Shown: one piece after another, positions 47,381 through 54,685 of the stretch | Numbering within the stretch: the stretch's first letter is position 1 | How the letters are laid out: every line of letters begins with the position of its first letter | Virus record (IMG/VR): IMGVR_UViG_3300028326_000328 | Location: 8,331-72,330 of that record | Length of the DNA: 64,000 bases | Strand: one strand, 5' to 3' | From: a virus | Taxonomy: Duplodnaviria > Caudoviricetes | Position numbers and translations under genes: made by a program | The notes under the pieces: model-generated | What the model was told of the DNA's origin: nothing | What the model saw: the letters and a program-made list of their open reading frames with translations, nothing else | Database searches by the model: none

Positions 47381-47605
47381 ATGAACGAGCATGTGCAAAA
47401 TCAGGATTCCATCATCACCGAGGAAATCGTAGAGGAAGCCCTTGACGGAATCCTAAACGGGGAATGGGACACAGAAAACAGCGCCCTCGAAGGCGCTCGA
47501 ACCCGGACATTCCAACAGGCGGGCGTCATGACCTACAACAAGGGGTTGATCATCACCTTGCCCGACGGCACAGAGTACCAACTGACCATCGTCCGCAGCC
47601 GGTAA
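47381..47605 (+). CDS. Small acidic hypothetical protein (74 aa)
   Basis: CAGGAGG RBS; TFQQAGVMTYNKGLII..PDGTEYQLTIVRS. Confidence 0.75.
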   Translation: MNEHVQNQDSIITEEIVEEALDGILNGEWDTENSALEGARTRTFQQAGVMTYNKGLIITLPDGTEYQLTIVRSR

Positions 47606-47637
47606 GACGCCCACGGGGACACAGCTTAGCACAGGAC

Positions 47638-47670
47638 GAAACGCTCCTAACCGGGAGTGTCGCGGGAGCC
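47638..47670 (+). ncRNA. 3' half of a hammerhead (no CUGANGA strand)
   Basis: GAAA / CGCUCC-uaaccg-GGAGUG / UC / GCGGG-AGCC is present; the upstream catalytic 5' half is missing. Confidence 0.6.
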
Positions 47671-47703
47671 GCAAGCTTCCAAATCAAGAAGGAGGCACAC
47701 GTC

Positions 47704-48006
47704 ATGACGATGGAGGAAAAATGGAACGCCGCTCATGCCCTTACTGACCTCGCCGCTCGCAAGCTCGCCTTCGCCATTGTACAAACCGAATGGGAAATCG
47801 AGGAGGCCACCAAGCGCCTCTAAGACGCGCGCAAACGCGTCGAGGATTCCGCCACCCGGTCCAGTTCTGCAATGTACGCAGACAGCATCGAAGGCTGGCT
47901 GCGCGATTGGCGAAACGAGTACACGCGCCTTGCGGAAAAGAACCGAACGTTGGAGCTCCTGAATCACCTTGCCCGCGACGCCAAGCCAGAGGCCGCCCGC
48001 TCCTAA
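47704..48006 (+). pseudogene. Helical hypothetical protein interrupted by an in-frame TAA at 47821-47823
   Basis: MTMEEKWN...EATKRL*DARKRVEDS...PEAARS*: the frame stays open for 60 codons after the stop. Confidence 0.6.
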
Positions 48007-48016
48007 ATCAAACTGC

Positions 48017-48063
48017 CTGAAGATGGCCTTTGGCACAGGCCGGAACGCTCTTCAATCAAGGAG
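48017..48063 (+). ncRNA. Degenerate hammerhead
   Basis: CUGAAGA / UGGCCU-uuggcac-AGGCCG / GAAC (one A lost); the UH site and stem I are eroded. Confidence 0.45.
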
Positions 48064-48072
48064 GGACACATC

Positions 48073-48291
48073 ATGAAGATCACCACCGCAGCACAGTGCT
48101 TTGATATCCTCGACTGGTTCGACGATCCGCTTTACGACTACCTCGCACACAACCTTGTCGCCAAGCTCGACGGCGAGGAACGCATCGCCCGAGCGCTCCC
48201 ACATCTGATCGAACATACCACCGCGCCTGTTGCGGCTCACGCGGATAAGGCGAACGCTTACCCGGTGGAGTTTTGGAATCAACCCGCCTGA
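48073..48291 (+). CDS. Small hypothetical protein (72 aa); its stop codon is the UGA of the HH5 core
   Basis: AAGGAGG RBS; MKITTAAQCF...NQPA*. Confidence 0.7.
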   Translation: MKITTAAQCFDILDWFDDPLYDYLAHNLVAKLDGEERIARALPHLIEHTTAPVAAHADKANAYPVEFWNQPA

Positions 48292-48347
48292 CGAGTGCTG
48301 CATGGCTCGCAGCCGAAACCGCCCGCTTGGGCGGTCGCGGGAAGCTA
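48283..48347 (+). ncRNA. Type I hammerhead ribozyme HH5 (fully canonical)
   Basis: CCCGC / CUGACGA / G(u)GCUGC-auggcuc-GCAGC-C / GAAA / CCGCCC-gcuu-GGGCGG / UC / GCGGG-AAGCUA; predicted cut after C48336. Confidence 0.9.
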
Positions 48348-48380
48348 CAGCTTCCAAATCAAACGCAGGAGGTTTACACC

Positions 48381-48527
48381 ATGAATAGGATTGTCATCAA
48401 GGTCTGGCGGGGATTGGTTTCCGAAGTCTACGCAAGCGACGCCAACACAGAAGTCATCGTTATAGATGAGGATTGCGACGAGGTTCTACTCGCAGACACA
48501 GACTTGCCCGCACATCAGGTTTACTGA
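48381..48527 (+). CDS. Small acidic hypothetical protein (48 aa)
   Basis: CAGGAGG RBS; MNRIVIKVWRGLVSEVYASDANTEVIVIDEDCDE... Confidence 0.7.
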   Translation: MNRIVIKVWRGLVSEVYASDANTEVIVIDEDCDEVLLADTDLPAHQVY

Positions 48528-48557
48528 GCTTACAAATCAACCAGAGGAGGTATTCGA

Positions 48558-48764
48558 TTGAAAAGCATTTGCATCCGCGTGGAAGATGAAATACATCGCC
48601 AGTTGAAATGTGTTCTGCTGTATCGAGGTTCAACTCTTCAGGACTTCGTGATCGGACTAATCGAACGCGAAATCGAACGCGAGGCGAGCGAAATCGCGTA
48701 CAACGACACAACCGGCGAGGCAACAAGGCTCTTTCAGCGCGTCGGCATTCCTACCAAGCTGTGA
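48558..48764 (+). CDS. Ribbon-helix-helix-like DNA-binding protein
   Basis: N-terminal alternating strand SICIRV followed by EDEIHRQLK...GSTLQDFVIGLIEREI (RHH pattern); GAGGAGG RBS, TTG start. Confidence 0.6.
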   Translation: MKSICIRVEDEIHRQLKCVLLYRGSTLQDFVIGLIEREIEREASEIAYNDTTGEATRLFQRVGIPTKL

Positions 48765-48782
48765 AATTAAGGAGGAAACACA

Positions 48783-49223
48783 ATGAAGTACATCGCTTAC
48801 GGTTCCAACATGGTCAAGGAGCAAATGGACTACCGCTGCCCGGACGCCAGACTCATCGGCACCGGATACATCAAGCAGGCCCGCTTGGAATTCTATCTCC
48901 ACGCCACCGTCAAACGCTCCCAAATCAAGGACTCGCGTGTGCCGGTGGCGGTGTGGGAGATCTCGGAGGTAGACGAACGGCGACTCGACCGGTACGAGGG
49001 GTTCCCGGATTACTACATCAAGGAGGAATGGCCGGTCACCCTGTCGGACGGCTCCGAAATCAAGGGGATGATTTACCTGATGAAGCGCATCCGCAAAGCG
49101 CCGCCGAACATGGATTACTTCCAAGGCATCTTCAACGCCTACGAGGACTTGGGCCTTGAATCGGAAATCAACAGCGTGTTGATGCCCGCGCTTAGCCGCA
49201 GCCTCCGGCGCAAGAAGCGCTGA
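48783..49223 (+). CDS. Gamma-glutamylcyclotransferase (AIG2-like)
   Basis: YIAYGSNM, VPVAVWEI, LDRYEGFP..Y; the usual partner of amidoligase genes. Confidence 0.9.
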   Translation: MKYIAYGSNMVKEQMDYRCPDARLIGTGYIKQARLEFYLHATVKRSQIKDSRVPVAVWEISEVDERRLDRYEGFPDYYIKEEWPVTLSDGSEIKGMIYLMKRIRKAPPNMDYFQGIFNAYEDLGLESEINSVLMPALSRSLRRKKR

Positions 49224-49243
49224 CGCACAGCCCCAAACGAGAT

Positions 49244-49273
49244 AAGCCGCTCTCCATCGAGGGCGGCTTTTTT
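49244..49273 (+). terminator. Intrinsic terminator ending the plus-strand operon
   Basis: AAGCCGCTC-tccatc-GAGGGCGGCTT-TTTT. Confidence 0.75.
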
Positions 49274-49436
49274 GCTCTGGAATTGGGCCGACGTTGGCGC
49301 GTGTCGGGCCTTGGAATCGGCGGTCGGACAAACCCTCGACCAAGGCCCGCAAGGCCGCACGTGGGGCGAACGTGGCGGCGACGCGGGCAAAGAAAAAGCA
49401 GCCGCACGGGCTGCTTTGGAATCGAGCGGCGGAGGG

Positions 49437-49955
49437 CTATGGAATCAAGTCCAAGGCTACCTCGGTACCGCTTTCCGTCGCGCGAAACCGGACGAGCACT
49501 TTTCCATCCGCCACATCGTAGACCGCTTGAAACGGGTGGCTCCATAGCGACGTCAGCCCTGCGCACTCCGTGTAGGCTTTCACCCGATACACATTGAAAT
49601 CCACTTTGTCGCGCACGGCCTGCCATTCCTCAAAGATGCGGCGCAGACGGGGTACTTGTTCTTTTTGAAGGTGCTCCATAACGACCGCGCCCGGCAGCGC
49701 TTCGAAATCAGATTTCGAGCGCTCCGCTTTGAAACACGCCCAAAATTCAAGCGGCATCGGGCTTTGCATCATCTCAAGCACCGCCTCCGTCGTGCCGCAA
49801 TCATCGCAGACATACAAACCGACCTGACGGCTGAGCGCGTTCCGATGGATTTTCCGGTTCATGGAATCCTGCCCACAGCGCGGGCAAAGCATGTGCTCCC
49901 CGGCCATCTGCCGGACTCTCAAATCAAGTAAGACCTGTTCTTGTTTCTCAGTCAT
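49437..49955 (-). CDS. Zn-binding hypothetical protein
   Basis: CPRC and CDDC motifs; coupled to the upstream gene by an ATGA overlap. Confidence 0.7.
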   Translation of the reverse strand: MTEKQEQVLLDLRVRQMAGEHMLCPRCGQDSMNRKIHRNALSRQVGLYVCDDCGTTEAVLEMMQSPMPLEFWACFKAERSKSDFEALPGAVVMEHLQKEQVPRLRRIFEEWQAVRDKVDFNVYRVKAYTECAGLTSLWSHPFQAVYDVADGKVLVRFRATESGTEVALDLIP

Positions 49956-50758
49956 CTTGCTTCGCCCCCCCTTGTTTCGCGGGCAATCCTGCGGATTTCG
50001 GCGTACTTGTCCTTGTGCTTCATGGCTTCATCATCGTTGCGGAAAGCCGTGTGGCCTTTGAGGCCTGTGAGCAGAGCGTTCCGGGACGCTTTGAAATCAG
50101 CGCCGCCAAAGCCCAACCGTAAAAGCCAAGAGCGCAACACATACTTTTCGTTCTCCGGGCGGCGCACCTCCGCGTTGACCCGCTTCGCCTCTCGCGCCGC
50201 GCGCACCATGGCGCTGACCAAGTCGGCATACGCCTTGTTCTTTTCCGGGGCTTCGTCCAGCGGGAAGTTCAGCGTGACTGTGCCGTCTTGGAAATCGACG
50301 CCGGTCAGGTCGCCCAGCGCTTTGAAATCGCCCATCAGGGTTTCAAAATGAGCAAGGGTTTCCGGCAGGTATTCGCCCAAGCGAGTCGTGACCGCCTCGG
50401 AAATCGAGAAACTCTCGCGCCGCGTGACCCGGTTCAACAGGTGCTGGTAGCCGTAGAGCGTGTAAATCAAATTCCGAAGCTGATTCCCGTCCATGTCCTC
50501 CGTGGGCACCGAAATCGCCAGCGTCTCAATCTCTGTTTCGATCTCCGGTTCGATGAAGCCGTGTTCCATCAGGAAGGGCTTCAAGCCTTCCAGTGCCTCG
50601 GCATCCTCGCCGGTGATGGAACCGTCGCGCTCCACCGTCACCGGGCCGATGCTGTAGGAAAAGGATGGCGGCCCCTGATACCGCGATTCCGCTTGCAGGT
50701 GCTCTGCAATCTTCTTCACCAAGGTGCGCCGGTCTTCCGCGTGGGTTTGGATGGTCAT
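49952..50758 (-). CDS. Phage so-called virulence-related protein (function unknown)
   Basis: YQGPPSFSYSIG N-terminus; C-terminal ENEKY..RSWLLRLGF.G..FK..R..LL..LKG..AFR. Confidence 0.7.
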   Translation of the reverse strand: MTIQTHAEDRRTLVKKIAEHLQAESRYQGPPSFSYSIGPVTVERDGSITGEDAEALEGLKPFLMEHGFIEPEIETEIETLAISVPTEDMDGNQLRNLIYTLYGYQHLLNRVTRRESFSISEAVTTRLGEYLPETLAHFETLMGDFKALGDLTGVDFQDGTVTLNFPLDEAPEKNKAYADLVSAMVRAAREAKRVNAEVRRPENEKYVLRSWLLRLGFGGADFKASRNALLTGLKGHTAFRNDDEAMKHKDKYAEIRRIARETRGGEAR

Positions 50759-50786
50759 GCTTCATACCCCCTTCAATCTGGTAGGA

Positions 50787-50822
50787 CATTAATCACTCTA
50801 AAGGGGATGGAAGTCAAGATAA
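50787..50822 (-). promoter_or_regulatory. TTATCTTG-type promoter-like motif
   Basis: TTATC-TTGACT-N13-GAGTGATTAATG. Confidence 0.65.
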
Positions 50823-51275
50823 TTCTGAACGGTGGAAGCGGTTTTGAATATAGCAGCCGTGACCGCAGAAGCGGCGGTTCCGATTCCCGTAGGCGGAGAA
50901 CATCTTTCCGCAGCACGCGCACGTCGTCGGGTACAGCGCGCTTTCACGTTTTTGAATCGCGTCGGAGTGCGCCAACCACCAAGCGCGGCGACAGGCATCG
51001 CTGCAGAATTTTCGCCTGCGTCCAGTGTGCGGCTGCGTCAGGGGCTTGCCGCAGTTGGAGCATTGGGCGTCCCGTTGTTCCCGCTTCTCGGCAGCCTGCG
51101 CATCGGCATAACCGCCCATGTTATGGATACGGCAGTAATTTCGAACAGTATCCCGGCTAAGGCCGAGCTTTGTCGCTATTGCCTTATAGCCGATCCCTTT
51201 GCTGCGGCCATCCTGAATCAACCTTTGTTGTAGAGCAGTCAGCGGGTTTCGGCTCGAAGCGGCTTGTTCTGTCAT
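50814..51275 (-). CDS. HTH plus double Zn-finger protein (often labelled sigma-70-like)
   Basis: GIGYKAIATKLGLSRDTVRNYCR; CSNC...FCSDAC; CACC...FCGHGC. Confidence 0.75.
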   Translation of the reverse strand: MTEQAASSRNPLTALQQRLIQDGRSKGIGYKAIATKLGLSRDTVRNYCRIHNMGGYADAQAAEKREQRDAQCSNCGKPLTQPHTGRRRKFCSDACRRAWWLAHSDAIQKRESALYPTTCACCGKMFSAYGNRNRRFCGHGCYIQNRFHRSELS

Positions 51276-51305
51276 GGGAATACCTCCATAGTAATTTTTA
51301 CGTGA

Positions 51306-51337
51306 TATCAATCACTCTGAAGGGCTTCAAAGTCAAG
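51306..51337 (-). promoter_or_regulatory. Promoter-like motif of the same family
   Basis: TTGACT-N13-GAGTGATTGATA, overlapping the metK stop. Confidence 0.6.
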
Positions 51338-52385
51338 TGCTTTGTTCCCATGGCAACTCCGCCTTTCCGAAATGCCCGTAGGCCGATACACGATTGTAAT
51401 CCACATCCAGCAGATGCAGCCGGTCGATGATCCCGCACGGTGTCAAATCGTACAGCGTGCGAATCTGCCGCTCAATCTCGGGAACCGGCATTCGGTTGGT
51501 GCCGAAGCAATAGACCGACACGGACACAGGCTCGGCGATCCCAATCGCGTAGGCAATTTGTACCTCGCAGCGCCGCGCCTGTCCCGCGCGCACAATATCG
51601 CAGGCGATCTTCCGTGCCATGTAAGCGCCCGAACGGTCAACCTTGGTGGGGTCTTTGCCGGAGAACGCTCCGCCGCCGTGGCGGCACATGCCGCCGTAGG
51701 AATCGGCGATGATCTTCCTGCCCGTCAGACCAGTGTCCGCAAAGGACGAACCGATCACAAATCGCCCGGTGGGATTCACCAGTGCTTTGAAATCGGTGTT
51801 CAATCCGTAGTGCTCAGCCGCTTTGGCCATCACCGCGTCCACCGCAGATCGAATCTCGCGGAGGTCGGCATCGGCTTGGTGCTGTGTACTGATCAGGAAG
51901 GTGGCGATTCGCTTCTTACCGTAGTCGTAGGTCACTTGGCTCTTCGCGTCGTGTAGCAGGAGCGGGTGTTCAAGATGCCGCAGCAGCTTAAGTGCATGGG
52001 TGGCGACGGCAAACGGAATGGGCAGATGCTCCGGCGTTTCGTCCGTCGCGTACCCGAACATCATCCCCTGATCGCCAGCGCCCTTCCGATCCACGCCCAA
52101 CGCGATGTCCCGGCTCTGGCAGGTGAACAGCGGCGTGACATGGTATCGCTCCACATCTTGAAGGCCGATCCGATCAAGCACCCCACGCGCCACCGACAAG
52201 TAGTCAGGCATGTGCAGGGAAGTGGTTTCGCCTGCAAGGATGATCTCGTAATCCTTGATCATACACTCAATCGCCAAGCGGCTGTCCCGGTCGTGGCGAA
52301 GGAAGTCGGTCAAGAGCGCGTCTGAAATCTGGTCGCAAATCTTATCAGGATGCCCGCAGGACACCTGCTCGCTCGTAAATAGCAT
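51333..52385 (-). CDS. metK: S-adenosylmethionine synthetase (phage-borne, compact)
   Basis: FTSEQVSCGHPDKICDQISD, GAGDQGMMFGYA, NPTGRF, DTGLTGRKII, GGGAFSGKDPTKVDRS, YGHFG. Confidence 0.95.
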   Translation of the reverse strand: MLFTSEQVSCGHPDKICDQISDALLTDFLRHDRDSRLAIECMIKDYEIILAGETTSLHMPDYLSVARGVLDRIGLQDVERYHVTPLFTCQSRDIALGVDRKGAGDQGMMFGYATDETPEHLPIPFAVATHALKLLRHLEHPLLLHDAKSQVTYDYGKKRIATFLISTQHQADADLREIRSAVDAVMAKAAEHYGLNTDFKALVNPTGRFVIGSSFADTGLTGRKIIADSYGGMCRHGGGAFSGKDPTKVDRSGAYMARKIACDIVRAGQARRCEVQIAYAIGIAEPVSVSVYCFGTNRMPVPEIERQIRTLYDLTPCGIIDRLHLLDVDYNRVSAYGHFGKAELPWEQST

Positions 52386-52466
52386 GTTGATCCCTCCGTG
52401 CTATGGATAGAGCCGCCCGCCAGCGGAGTGAAAGGACAAGCCTCCGCTGGGCAAGCGGCCAGCCAC

Positions 52467-52497
52467 AAAAGAAAAAGAGCAGGTTGTTTTCCTGCTC
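52467..52497 (-). terminator. Intrinsic terminator upstream of metK
   Basis: GAGCAGG-aaaacaa-CCTGCTC-TTTTTCTTTT on the minus strand. Confidence 0.65.
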
Positions 52498-52588
52498 CAT
52501 CCATTTCCGGCGATTCTAAGAATACCACATTTTCAGAACCAAGTCAGTGTACCGACAGTGTACCTTTGGTGAACCAAAGCGCAACCCT

Positions 52589-53080
52589 TTAGTCCAGGAT
52601 ATAGGCGACCACTTCCTTGTCACGAACCTCGTACAGAGAATCCAGTTCCTCGATGGCCCTTTTGCGGTACTTCCCAATCATCCTGCGGCTCACATAGTAT
52701 TTGGTCGAGAGAGCGTCCCAAGTCATCTGCCCGATCACCATATCGCGCATGACCTCTGGCAGCTTCTTGGACAGGGAACCCAGCGCCGCCTCCAGAAACT
52801 GCAACTCCTCGTTCAGCACACGCAGTTTGTTTTCCAGATGCCCAAACCACTCCCGATTGATCCGCTCCATCCTCTCCTGATAGTTCAGGGCGATCTGGGC
52901 GGTCTTGTCGGATGTGCCGCTGGTCTGGACGCGCTCCCCGTCCATGCGTGGCGTGTACATGCTCTCGATCACTTCCTCCGCCGTGACGCCCCGGAAGTGT
53001 GCGATCTGATGCGCCAAGCAGTCGCGTTCCCGTTTGAGCTTCGGGTACTCCTTCAGCAGCTTTTCAATCCTCGCGCTCAT
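52589..53080 (-). CDS. ArpU/RinA-like late-transcription regulator candidate
   Basis: Position after SNF2; ERVQTSGTSDKT; C-terminal HTH MTWDALSTKYYVSRRMI. Confidence 0.6.
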   Translation of the reverse strand: MSARIEKLLKEYPKLKRERDCLAHQIAHFRGVTAEEVIESMYTPRMDGERVQTSGTSDKTAQIALNYQERMERINREWFGHLENKLRVLNEELQFLEAALGSLSKKLPEVMRDMVIGQMTWDALSTKYYVSRRMIGKYRKRAIEELDSLYEVRDKEVVAYILD

Positions 53081-54423
53081 GCCTCGCCTCCAATTCTGGC
53101 CTTCACCGCCTCGATCAAGGCGGCCTGTCCCATGTCTTTTCGCTCCAGCGCCCGCACCACATCCTCGTCGTGAGTGCCAAGGGCAACGATGTGCTGGAGA
53201 ATCACCGCGTCCCGCTGGCCTTGCCGCCAGAGCCGGGCGTTCAGCTGCTGGTAGAGTTCCAAGCTCCACGTGAGGCCGAACCACACCACGGTTGAACCGC
53301 CGTCCTGCAGGTTCAAGCCGTGCCCGGCAGAGGCCGGGTGAATCAGCGCTACGGGAATCCGCCCGGCGTTCCAGTCCGCGATGTCCCGCGCCGTGTCAAT
53401 GATCCGAACGTCAAACCGCCCCTGAATCCGGGCGAGGTCGTGCTTGTACCAGTAGGCGACCAGCAGGGGCTTGCCGTTGGCCGCCTCGATCAAATCTTCC
53501 AGCGCGTCCAACTTTCGGTCGTGGATGGGAAGCGTCCTGCCCTCCGCGTCGTACACCGCGCCGTTGGCCATTTGGAGGAGCTTGCCGGACAGCGCTGCCG
53601 CGTTGACCGCGTCGATCTGGCCACTTGGTAAGCGGAGCACCATCTCTCGCCGAAGCGTATCGTACAGCTTGCGCTCGGCGCTGTTCAACCGTACCTCGAC
53701 GCGATTGCTGATGAGTTCCGGCATTTTCAGGTGGTCGGTCGCCTTCATGGAGATGCACAGGTCGGAGATCAGTTCGTAAATGCGCTGTTCCGCGCCCTCC
53801 CGAAGCCTGTAGCTGTACACGATCTCCCGGTTTCGCTTATCGGGGAGAAAGAACCGATCCCGGTATCCGGTGATGAAGCGCCCCAGCCGCTTGCCCATGT
53901 CCAGCAGATAGACCTGCGGCCACAGGTCGATGAGCGTGTTGGGGGCCGGTGTGCCCGTCAGCCCGATGACCCGTTTCACCATGGGCCGCACGCGCTTAAG
54001 CGCACGGAACCGCTGCGCTTTGGAGGACTTGAAGGAGGACAGTTCATCGATCACCAGCGTGTCGAAATCCCAGCGGTGGTTGTCGACCAGCCATGCCACG
54101 TTCTCCCGGTTGATGATGTACAAAAACGCCCTCCGGCGAAGGGCCTACCGCCTCTGTTTCTCCGTGCCCATGACCAGCGAGTAGGATAGCCCCTTCAGGT
54201 GATCCCATTTGGCCAGTTCCTTGGGCCAAGTGTCCTCGGCCACGCGCTTGGGGGCGATCACCAGCGCCCGTCCGCAGTCGAAGCTGTCAAGCACCAAATC
54301 CCAAAGCGCCGTCAGGGTGATGACGCTTTTGCCCAAACCCATGTCGAGGATCAGGCCGCAGTACGGGTGTGTGAGCACAAAGTCCGTGGCGTAATCCTGA
54401 TAATCATGCGGATTGTATTGCAT
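53077..54423 (-). pseudogene. SNF2-family helicase interrupted by one in-frame TAG (54145-54147)
   Basis: LDMGLGKS...EKQRR*ALRRRAFLYIINREN...VIDELS, GLTGTP, HGLNLQ, QLNARLWRQGQ; both ORFs are in the same frame. Confidence 0.85.
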
Positions 54424-54685
54424 CCAAGACCACTCCTATCTGCTCCGGCCCATCTACGACGAACACCCGAAACCCTAGACCCTCCAGCTGTTCCTTGCGC
54501 AATGCCTGTAAGGGCCGGAGCGTTTTGCCGGGGGCTTTCAATTCCACAAAGGCGAGCCTTCCACTCGGTAACAGGGCAATGCGGTCGGGCACCCCATCAA
54601 GACCGGGGGAGATGAATTTGGGAGCCAACCCGCCACGTTTTTTTACCTCGGTGACGAACCGCCGCTCGATGCTGCTTTCTCTCAA
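54404..54685 (-). CDS. VRR-NUC domain nuclease
   Basis: GVPDRIAL...FVELKAPG..LRPLQ; TTG start after GGAAGGAG. Confidence 0.9.
   Translation of the reverse strand: MRESSIERRFVTEVKKRGGLAPKFISPGLDGVPDRIALLPSGRLAFVELKAPGKTLRPLQALRKEQLEGLGFRVFVVDGPEQIGVVLDAIQSA

Noticed and set aside
47585-47640. Twister, pistol or HDV-like ribozyme upstream of the half hammerhead
   Set aside because: I could not fit the conserved cores by eye; the segment is better explained as a copy of the 46888-46909 spacer head.
52390-52560. SAM riboswitch upstream of metK
   Set aside because: Hairpins and a terminator are present, but I find no SAM-I (AUC...GAU, GA/GA kink-turn) or SMK-box consensus.
53077-54423. Phage-wide TAG recoding
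   Set aside because: TAG ends genuine genes (for example at 18803, 27160 and 45932), long genes have no internal TAGs, and another lesion is a TAA.
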